The notes under the pieces are model-generated. The model searched no databases and was not told where the DNA came from. It saw only the letters and a list, made by a program, of their open reading frames with translations. A stretch of 63,031 bases of DNA, filler included, from Pirum gemmata (lineage: Eukaryota), in assembly GCA_002812295.1 (NCBI GenBank). It is 28 parts of 28 records of this genome, joined end to end, with 100 filler letters (N's around TTAATTAATTAA, not from the genome) between each part and the next. Parts side by side here need not be neighbours in the genome. Positions count along the whole stretch, not along the records: positions 52,911 to 54,928 come from PDIN01009326.1; positions 55,029 to 57,050 come from PDIN01009327.1; positions 57,151 to 58,869 come from PDIN01009328.1; positions 58,970 to 60,953 come from PDIN01009329.1; positions 61,054 to 63,031 come from PDIN01009330.1; 23 more parts are not named here. One strand, 5' to 3'. The translations under genes were made by a program, and so were the position numbers. Positions 53,063 through 63,031 of this stretch are shown piece after piece (positions within the stretch are counted from its first letter, which is position 1; each line of letters opens with the position of its first letter).

Positions 53063-53105
<43 letters not shown>

Positions 53106-53716
53106 AAAAAAAAAAAAAAGTTAATAAAGAAAAATGAAGTTTATATTGTATAAGAAAATGGCGTATTTATTACCTTGATTTTTTTTACAGACTATTTTTG
53201 GGAAAAGACAAAAAAAGTAATAAAGATCTTAAATAAGGAAGATGCTAAATGTGAAAGGCTTAGAGTGAGGGGTAGGGGTAATATAGTTAAATGGCGAATA
53301 TGAAAGTTGAGGATGGGTAAAAAAAATAAAAAAAAATAAAACCGTAATAAAGAAAAATGATGTTGTATAAGAAAATATTCGGCAAGAATCCAGCATATAA
53401 TCCGTAGAGGAACGAAGAAAGATTCCGCTACCTGGTCCAGGCCAGGTAAATTTCACTTATATGGTGATCAGACCTTCATTACCCAATAACAAATATGAAA
53501 CCATTCCCATGATACCGGGCTCCCTGTGGTGCACTTTCCTTATACAGCTATTTAAAAGTTGCAAATTAATCAGCAATTCATGTTTGTATTCTTTTATTAT
53601 TTAGTCATCCCAAAATGTCGGCCCTGCCACACACACAACACTAATCCCAAATCTCCATACGCCCACATGCCCCCAGAATATTTCACATAACCAAAAACAA
53701 TTCACAATTCTAAAAA

Positions 53717-53960
53717 ATGACTTCCGGTATACCTTTTCTTTTTAAGGCTATTTCACAGGGGTTCATTGATCATCGCTGTCTTCCCTTATCATCTAACATT
53801 TCCCCTTTACTAAATACGATTCCGGTATACCTTTTCTTTTTAAGGCTATTTCACAGGGGTTCATTGATCATCGCTGTCTTCCCTTATCATCTAATATTTC
53901 CCCTTTACAAATACGATTCCGGTGTATCTTTTCTTTTCAAGGTTATTTCACAGGAGTTCA
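53717..53960. repeat. Tandem repeat, ~100-bp unit, about 2.4 copies
   Basis: TTCCGGTATACCTTTTCTTTTTAAGGCTATTTCACAGGGGTTCATTGATC recurs. Confidence 0.85.
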
Positions 53961-55116
53961 ATACAATCATGACTCTCTTCCGTTGACCTCCTGCTAAATA
54001 CAAAAAAAATAAAAAAAAATTAAAAGCAACTAGGCAACTCTACCTACTAGCTAACTACATGTAGCTAGGCGTGTAGCTAGAGGATAATGAATATACGTGT
54101 AATTTAACCAATAAACACGAGGAAAAAATTAAACATGGTCAAACAAAAGGTACGCTACACTAGCTAGGTACTGTACGCTACACCTCTACACCTACACAGG
54201 TAGGTCTGTAGACAACCAGTCTCTAGTTTAATAGCTAGTAGCAAATTAGCAATGCCAGTAGACAGGCGTGTAACCAATAGACTAACTGTGTTTGTTGTTT
54301 GTTGTTTGTTGTTTGTTGTTTGTTGTTTGTTGTTTGTTGTTTGTTGTTTGTGTATTGTTTGTTGTTTGTTGTGCCTGTAGGCCTACATTGCCCAGACTAC
54401 GTGCAGTTAGACTACAATATCACCTGAGACAATATCACACACATCTGTCCACAAACATTGCCGCGAGTAGCTAAGCAAAGTCTAGGCAACTACCTACTAG
54501 TCTAACAGGAGTGGTGGCACCCAAGTGTAACTACTCTATCGGGGATAGTTAGCTAGCTAGAGTGGCCTTCGCCGCCTTCCCTCCTGTCTAACTACATTGT
54601 CCTTAATCAGATCTTATCAAACTAAATTAATATATTTTTTTACCCTATATTTAGAACTTTTTATACTTTACTATCACTAATATCTTCTTTTTTTTTTCCT
54701 CTGGTGTGCCAGTTCTGTTTCATTATTGGTTTATCTCAATATTTTTAGATGTTTTTGCAGTGGAACAAAAAAAAGTGAGAACTGGGCGTTATAATAGTCT
54801 ATGACGAAAAAAAAATTTACAACAAACCATAAACAAACTCAGACTATCAAAAAAATGGGTGAGTGGGTGGGTAAGTATGAAAGGTGGATGGGCGGGTGAG
54901 TGGGCGGGTATGATAAGCAGGTTTGTGGNNNNNNNNNNNNNNNNNNNNNNNNNNNNNNNNNNNNNNNNNNNNTTAATTAATTAANNNNNNNNNNNNNNNN
55001 NNNNNNNNNNNNNNNNNNNNNNNNNNNNAGGTGGGGTTGGGGTTGGGGTTGGGGTTGGGGTTAGGGTTAGGGTTGGGGTTAGGGTTAAGGTTAGGATTAT
55101 GGTTAGGGGTAGGGGT

Positions 55117-55177
55117 TTAATTTATGGAACTGTCAGTGATTATTGTACCGAAGTTTCATGCCCATGTATGTTTGCTG
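55117..55177 (+). CDS. MOB kinase activator (MOB1/MOB3-like) exon fragment, copy 1
   Basis: LIYGTVSDYCTEVSCPCMFAG|GTATGT matches the MOB motif LxYGTxxEFCTxxxCPxMSxG; the 5' part is replaced by TTAGGG-like repeats. Confidence 0.75.
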
Positions 55178-55282
55178 GTATGTATTAATAATACGATTAG
55201 GATTAGGAGTAGGGGGTAGGGGTAGGGTTAGGTTTGGGGTTGGGGTTTGGGTTGGGTTAGGATTATGATTATGGTTAGGGGT

Positions 55283-55343
55283 TTATTTTATGGAACTGTC
55301 AGTGATCATTGTACCGAAGTTTCATGTCCATGCATATCTGCTG
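55283..55343 (+). other. MOB exon fragment, copy 2
   Basis: LFYGTVSDHCTEVSCPCISAG|GTATGT, between telomeric arrays. Confidence 0.75.
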
Positions 55344-55864
55344 GTATGTATTATAAATATGATTAGGGTCAGGGTTAGGGGTGGGGGTAATGGTAGGGCT
55401 GGGGTAGGGTTAGGGTTAGGATTATGGTTAGGGGTAGGGGTAGGGGTAATCATTTTATAATTCTTAGTTTACTTAATTTTAAATATAAATTAAATTCAAA
55501 TTATTAATTATGCTTTTCAAATAATCAACAACATACAATATTAATTACAGCATCAATCGTTTTAAAATTCTTAGTTTACTTAATTTTACATATAAATTAA
55601 ATTCAAATTATTAATAATACTTTTCAAATAATCAACAACATACAATATTAATTACAACATTTATTTTATTGCTATCATATACTCTTAGTCATAATATAAA
55701 TTTTACATATACACCCTTATTTAACACTAATAATAATTCTATTATTTGGTTGATCAATTTTTCATTTCTAGAAACTACCATATAGCAAAATTACAATTTA
55801 ACAGATTTTGCTTTTACACATTTCACAATTTTCAAGAGACCTTTTTTCTACTTTTCCACTTTCT

Positions 55865-56103
55865 TGCCCTAATCCTAACCTAACCCTAACCCTAACCCTA
55901 ACCCTAACCCTAACCCTAACCCTAACCCTAACCCTAACCCTAACCCTAACCCTAACCCTAACCCTAACCCNNNNNNNNNNNNNNNNNNNNNNNCCCTAAC
56001 CCTAACCCTAACCCTAACCCTAACCCTAACCCTAACCCTAACCCTAACCCTAACCCTAACCCTAACCCTAACCCTAACCCTAACCCTAACCCTAACCCTA
56101 ACC
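55865..56103. repeat. Interstitial (CCCTAA)n array
   Basis: Pure repeat with unique sequence on both sides. Confidence 0.95.
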
Positions 56104-56353
56104 CCTGCTCTATTTATACTATTCCTTTTCGATAGACTTTACCTCTATCACACAGTTCACATTTATAGACCTATTCACTTGATAGAATATTCAACTATAT
56201 AATAATAATTAGTACAGTTATTATTATTATTATATTATATTTCAATCAATATACTTATAACATACAATCAATTATTATTTCAATTATTCATTGCACTTAC
56301 AACATTCAATCAGTTATTACACATACAACATACATTCAAATTACACTAGCTAT

Positions 56354-56803
56354 TAGGGTTGTTCGGATTGCAGTTCTTGACCTGACCACACTTTTTTTTT
56401 TGTAATTTGAGAGGAGATTTTTTTTTTTTTTTTTTTTTTGGGGGGGGGGGGATTCTTTCGTCATTTTGACCTACATTACAAATATGGTAGTAAAATACCT
56501 ATTTAAATACATTTTTGATTTTGACGTACATTACAATCATGGTAGTAAAATACCTATTTAAATACATTTTTGAAAAAAAATAACCTAAAAATTTTTTTGG
56601 TCTAATTTTGAACCAATTATATTTGAGACTATTTATGATACTTTGAATTGAGGTTAACAAAATTTGAAAAATGGTGTAGAATTTACAAAAAATTTAAAAA
56701 GGATTTTTTTTGTTGATCACCCTTAAAATCCTTACCTTGTCTCTCAGACTCGGAGGGTAGTCTACAAAAATATAGGGTTGTGGTCTAGAACCGAACAACC
56801 CTA
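56354..56803. mobile_element. 450-bp TIR element with TAGGG termini (hAT-like), inserted in an ACATTCAATT satellite
   Basis: Perfect 13-bp TIR TAGGGTTGTTCGG ... CCGAACAACCCTA; the satellite continues on both sides; TSD not clean. Confidence 0.65.
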
Positions 56804-57150
56804 TTACATACGACATTCAATTATACTTACAACATTCAATTACATTCAATTACACTTACAACACTCAAATACACTTGCAACATTCAATTACATTTGTAAC
56901 ATTCAATATTCAATTTTATTTACAACATTCAATTACATTCAATATCATTTACAACATTCAATCGAGACTAGTTCGAAATTTCGAAATTTTTCGATCTAAT
57001 TTTAAGTATTGACTCACTTTTGATTTCATTACAAAGTTCTTAGAAATCCTNNNNNNNNNNNNNNNNNNNNNNNNNNNNNNNNNNNNNNNNNNNNTTAATT
57101 AATTAANNNNNNNNNNNNNNNNNNNNNNNNNNNNNNNNNNNNNNNNNNNN

Positions 57151-58130
57151 ATTATTATTGTTATTATCATTATCAATATTATTATTATTACTAACGTCTT
57201 TGTTATTGTTACTATCACTATTATCATTATTATCAATACTATTTTTATTATTCTCAGTCTTGCAACTATTATCATCATTACTATTACTTGTAATATGGCT
57301 AGTACTATTTCTAGTACTATTGCTATTAAATTTGGTATTACTATCACTCTTAATATTATCATTATTACTATTACTATTACTATTACTATTACTATTACTA
57401 TTACTATTACTATTACTATTACTATTACTATTACTATTAATATTAATATTGTCAATATATATTTTTTTCTCTTTATTATTGTTGTTAGCATCATTATTTG
57501 CATCACATTTAATATTAATATTACTACTATCCCTTTCATTATTATTAATATCATTATCATTGGTCTTGTTATTGTTGTTTTCATTTTCACAGCCATTGTC
57601 ATCATTATTATTACAATTACAATTACTATTACTATTATTACCATTATTATTATTACTATCATTATAACTATCACTGGGATCGTTACAGTTATTGTTACTG
57701 ATACTATCATTATTGCTACTATCACTATTACTATTACTATTACTATTATTATTATTATTAATATTGCTATTACTATTACTACTATTACTACTATTCTTAT
57801 TCTTATTACTATTACTATTACTATTACTATTACTATTACTATTACTATTACTATTACTATTACTGTTACTGTTACTATTATTATTACTATTACTATTACT
57901 ATTACTATTGCTATTACTATTATTACTATTACTATTACTATTACTATTACTATTACTATTATTACTACTATTGCTATCACTATCACTATTACTATTACTA
58001 TTACTATTACTATTACTATTACTATTACTATTACTATTACTATTAATATTAATATTAATATTACTATTAATATTACTATTAATATTACTATTACTATTAC
58101 TATTACTATTATCAACAGCGCCGCTATGGG

Positions 58131-58182
<52 letters not shown>

Positions 58183-58230
58183 GGTGGTGGTGGTTGTTAT
58201 TGTTATTGTTGTTGTTGTCAAGGAATTCTT
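57151..58230 (-). CDS. Possible Asn/Ser-rich low-complexity coding exon
   Basis: Long stop-free frame with non-repetitive inserts (HSGAVD, KEKKIYID, STRNSTSHIT); could equally be microsatellite. Confidence 0.35.
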
Positions 58231-58778
58231 ATCCGCAGTACCCCAACCCTAACCCTAAGAATTTCAATAAAATAATTGTATGTTTTTATTAATCAAAAAA
58301 GAAAAAGTCCACATACAAGTTTTTACATATATACATTTTGTAATCATGTAATAGTTATGTTTTTCAAAATTAACACACATCGAAACGCACATTATCAGTT
58401 CAAAATATGGTTGTATGTTTATTTTCTATCAAAAACGAAAATGGCAATTTTAATTGCTCAGTTGGAATTAGCTTAAACATATTGTTTAGCCTTAGCCATG
58501 ATGTAGTTATATTCCCTATCTAAAAACCAGGGAAAACTATTAACAATTTAGAGAGTGAATACTGAACAACTCTGTAAGTGGGAAAATCATTCCATTTCAT
58601 CAATCTTTTATTATTTCTAACCCTAATATAAATTTTAATTTTACTATATTTTTTTATTCTATTAGTTTGTTTTCTTATTATTATTATTATTTTTTTTCTC
58701 TTTGTCATCTATTGTTAATTTAGCATGGCTATCATAGGTTACTATTGTTATTTATTTATTTATTATTGTTATTTTTGC

Positions 58779-58817
<39 letters not shown>

Positions 58818-59581
58818 TATTACTATTATTATTTTAATCAACAGTACGTATTCGTTTGAGAATTTACTANNNNNNNNNNNNNNNNNNNNNNNNNNNNNNN
58901 NNNNNNNNNNNNNTTAATTAATTAANNNNNNNNNNNNNNNNNNNNNNNNNNNNNNNNNNNNNNNNNNNNATGATACTCTAGTGATATTACAAGTAGTAGT
59001 GCATTTCATTTATTTTGTCACTCCGAATATTTATTTGGAGGGTTATAATCTTTAAATTGACAATTTTTTAAATCAATATATACTTACTATCATAATTATT
59101 ACCTATCGATATACTATCATAATAATTATAATTATATACAGTTACGATATATATTTTAAAGTTGTAATTTGTTGATTTGTGTCATAATACTTCGGTATAG
59201 GTTTGCCTCTAATGATTTGATTGTCATTTGGTTCTTATTATTATTATTATAAATCTCATTATTAAAAATAATATTAATTGATATTAACTGATTTTTCTAA
59301 TAACAATCATAAGTATTATAAAACAAATCTTGTCATTAATTGATATTATTTGATTCTTTTATCAATAATCTAAATAATCGATATATATTTATTAAATATA
59401 TAACAGGTTTTGTAGTAGCTTTTGTTGTTGACTTTTCATAATATCGTCTATTTCATTAGTAACGTTATAACTGTTGTACTCTCAATCTTCAATTCGGTAC
59501 CGTTTAATTAATGAGTGTATTATTGAACTTTGGTACGTTTATTTCAGTTTTTGAACTAGACAACACTATTGAAAAACATTA

Positions 59582-59748
59582 TAGTGCTTTTCAGTTGTTT
59601 TGTCATCATAAAATAGCACCAAATTAATACAATATAAATCCATTTAATTTAATTTGGTATATTTTATTATCTATTTATTGATCTAAAAATGTCAATTTAA
59701 AGATTATAACCCTCCAAATAAATATTCGGAGTGACAAAATAAATGAAA
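59582..59748. mobile_element. Family A MITE, with further partial copies at ~58998-59080, ~59820-59945, ~60190-60327 and 62731-62875
   Basis: TA|TAGTGCTTTTCAGTTGTTTTGTCATCAT ... GTGACAAAATAAATGAAA. Confidence 0.8.
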
Positions 59749-61053
59749 GGCCGGGTCTACCTAGTCTACTACTACTAGTCTACTACTACTACTCTGAGAG
59801 TCTACTACTATACTTTCAGTTCTGAATATTTATTTGGTTGGTTATAATATTTGAGGCGACATTTTTAAATGAATAAATAGATAATATAATATACCAAATT
59901 AAATAAAATGGATTTATATGGTATTAATTTGGTACTATTTATTGTTTATACAAAATCACTATAAATACAAGACTAGACTACAGTCTGACCACGGAACTAA
60001 GGTTGGCTCGATAAGCATCTGTTCGAAAAAAGTTCCAGTAGATATCTCACCCCTACTTAGACTACTTAGTAATCACAAGAATCACTATGGAAAAAGCAAA
60101 GTGATAAATAATCAAAAAATATACCAAGAGGGGTAAATTACGTCATCAATGAAATGAGAGAGTAAAGAAAAATACTACAACAAAGATAAATCGATTTAAT
60201 TTAATTTGGTATATTTTATCTTCTATTTATTGATTTAAAAATGTCAATTTAAAGATTATAACTATCCAAATAAATATTCAGAGTGCCAAATAAATATTCA
60301 GAGTGACAAAATAAATAAAAAGCACGATAGCTCGTATCTATAATGCCTAGCTATCATAGCTAGCTAGTATGACAGTAGTAGCTAGTAGTTTCGTGTTTTT
60401 CCAGTTCAAAACTGAAATAAACATTCGAACATATATAAAAAAATGTCTAACCCTAACCCTTAACCCTAACCCTAACCCTAACCCTAACCCTAACCCTAAC
60501 CCTAACCCTACTAACCCTAACCCTAGCTAGTCAAAAAACTAATACACCTTAATTAAAATACACTCAGATATACTTCGGATATGCATTGTGCAATAGGCTT
60601 AGTCTATTAGGCTCCTGTAATAGGCTCAGAGGCTCTTGGAAAAAATTTAAAGAATGTTTGATTACTGTTTGATTGTTTTCCTTTTGAATTATTTGATTGG
60701 ACGATTTAAATATATTCTGTTCTTACATAAACAAACATCATTTATTGGTTGATTAATTTAATAGTTGTCCAATTAAATTACTAGATAAGAGGTTTCTATA
60801 AGTTTTCTATCTATGATAGTCTCATTGATAGAGTTTTCTCTAGTAATAGTAAGTTGTAGTAACAGTAATAGTAATAGTAATAGTAATTCATAAAATAATA
60901 TAATAATAATAAATTATCAAATAGTAATAGTAATAGTAATAGTAATAGTAATANNNNNNNNNNNNNNNNNNNNNNNNNNNNNNNNNNNNNNNNNNNNTTA
61001 ATTAATTAANNNNNNNNNNNNNNNNNNNNNNNNNNNNNNNNNNNNNNNNNNNN

Positions 61054-61194
61054 AGACTTATTAAAGTTTCACTATTTCTTTCTTCAAAAACTATCAAAGG
61101 TTCCTCATTTTCAACAATATTAAGAAATTCCGCATTGCTAAACGTTCCAGCAATATTACTATTATCACTATTACTATTACTAGTATTACTAGTA

Positions 61195-61248
<54 letters not shown>

Positions 61249-61310
61249 GTACTTTGAGATGTTTCTATCTCGTCATAAAACAACCCATTGATAAAATCAC
61301 CGTCAAACAT
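61054..61310 (-). CDS. N-terminus of an unknown Asn-rich protein (truncated)
   Basis: ATG after an in-frame stop; MFDGDFINGLFYDEIE...NAEFLNIVENEEPLIVFEE is open to the contig edge. Confidence 0.4.
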
Positions 61311-61965
61311 GTTTTTTCTTTTTTACGAATTCTGATGTATCAAACTACACGCTACATAAATTAGTCACAAATTACATCCCCTAGTAGACTCTACATAAAA
61401 ATAATACACAATATACACACGCACAATACACCCAATACACACAATACACACAATACACACAATACACACAATATACACAATATACACAATACACACAATA
61501 CACACAATACACACAATACACACAATACACACAATACACACAATACACACAATATACACAATACACAATACACAATACACAATACATACAATACACAATA
61601 CACACAATACACACAATACACACACAATACACACACAATACACACACAATACACAACACTAAATAACTAAATGCACACACCACCACAGAATATACTAAAT
61701 GCACACTAAACACCCTACGCACCCTACACTACACTGCACACTATTAAAACAAACAAACAATATAATATATACATTATATTAGGGTAAATCTAAACTAACA
61801 AAACTAACAAAATTGTAATAATGGATTTTTTTTTTTTTTCTAAAAAATAAACAAAAAATTACCTTCATTTACTTTTTTTCTTTCTTTTTTATTTATTTTT
61901 TATTTTCATGTTTTATCCATACATTATTATTTATATATATAAATATAATCATTTTAGCATTATTT

Positions 61966-62016
<51 letters not shown>

Positions 62017-62366
62017 TTTTTTTTTTTTTTTTGACCGGAAAACTGACATGACGTCATCAATTGTGTTTTGTAAGTCCTTTTTTTCTTACAATGATCGAGT
62101 ATGATCGGCTTATGGGAACCGATTTTTTATTTAAAAAATAGAGCTCGAAAGTGATAATACCCTTCAAGCCTAAGCTTTAGATTTTCTCAAAAAATATTGT
62201 CACTTTACCGGGTTTACCCGTTACTGAAACTAACTTGTGCAACAATAATCCCCCTTGGTTGGTTACTTTCTGTCAGTCACTTCAAAACTTTGAAAATTTT
62301 CTGTCATCTGATTCGTGGATGTTTTGTTGAAATAGGCTGAAGAACTAGGAAGAACTGGGCTGAAGA

Positions 62367-62598
62367 AGGAGGGATGACATCCCCTTTGGTAGAAATTTGG
62401 AGATAGGTTACAAAAGGAATTGAGATGGCAAAAATTATTACTTAAAATAGATATTTATATCCTTAAAATAGTAGTTTACTATATTAAGTATTACTATTTA
62501 TAGTTATAAGTTAACTTTTTATAGTAATTTAAGTCAAATTTTCAATTTTGTCGTACCCTAGGTTGGTATTAGTATTATGACGTCATGTCATCCCTCCT
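62367..62598. mobile_element. 232-bp TIR element with 8-bp TSD (family B2, related to B)
   Basis: GCTGAAGA|AGGAGGGATGACAT ... ATGTCATCCCTCCT|GCTGAAGA (perfect 14-bp TIR). Confidence 0.9.
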
Positions 62599-63031
62599 GC
62601 TGAAGAACCCGAAGTACCTCTTTAGTGAAGTACCTGAAATAGGCAGTAGTCTATGATATCAGGATAGACCTAGCTAGCTAGCTAGACCCTCCTCTAGCTA
62701 GTCAATGATACAGTGCACTAGCTAGACTAGTTTTCAGTTGTTTTGTCGTCATAAAATTAATAATAAATAGTACCAAATTAATACAATACAAATTCATTTA
62801 ATTTAATTTGGTATATTTTATTATAATAACCCTCCAAATAAATATTCAGAGTGACAAAATAAATGAAAAGCACGATCGATACCTTACCCGAAAATTGAGT
62901 AGTAGCCTGTGAATAAATCCGTCATAAGCTAGCTAGCAGATTAGACTCCAATTCTGCTTTGTTTAAAAAATCGACTTTTCGAGCCTATGCATTAATTAAA
63001 TAAGTTCGAAAATTTTAAGCTAACAGTTAAG

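Noticed and set aside
4205..56103. Gene-sized nanochromosomes capped by telomeres
   Set aside because: Arrays at contig ends occur in both orientations (e.g. CCCTAA at right ends 29118, 32698, 36898), many arrays are internal, and genes are cut mid-intron; contigs simply break at the repeats.
2025..61053. Regularly spaced TTAATTAATTAA palindrome (~2.1-kb period) as a biological repeat
   Set aside because: Always embedded in 44+44 N; it is a six-frame-stop assembly linker, and the period only reflects similar contig sizes.
224..61722. Dozens of ORF-track entries such as poly-LT, poly-V, VK, PY, IV and CV
   Set aside because: Translations of microsatellites and N gaps, with no independent coding evidence.

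Overview
Very AT-rich, intron-containing eukaryotic DNA, not prokaryotic. The window is a concatenation of 28 short, unrelated contigs (mostly ~1.9-2 kb) joined by 27 artificial 100-bp linkers (44 N + TTAATTAATTAA + 44 N), so adjacency across linkers has no biological meaning. Recognisable gene fragments, read by hand as GT-AG exons, are a syntenin-like tandem-PDZ protein, PPIL2/Cyp60, a 3-exon FAD-dependent oxidoreductase, an IRC20/SHPRH-like protein, the cathepsin L and aldo-keto reductase C-termini, BCKDHA, MOB kinase activator exon fragments, a glycosyltransferase-like ORF, a GPI-anchored-like protein and a Tyr-motif-rich tail. Together these suggest a holozoan, possibly a unicellular relative of animals (inference). 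Repeats include a decayed LINE RT and at least seven MITE-like families. Most notable: (1) introns filled with telomeric (TTAGGG/CCCTAA)n and derived hexamers right up to the splice signals; (2) three independent tandem exon duplications embedded in those arrays; (3) two related ~235-bp TIR elements with 5'-AG termini and 8-bp TSDs; (4) widespread TA-GAC-TA / TA-GGC-TA motifs that look like Tc1/mariner-type excision footprints; (5) a 134-bp structured mini-Helitron or ncRNA candidate. All family assignments are from motif recognition, not database searches.
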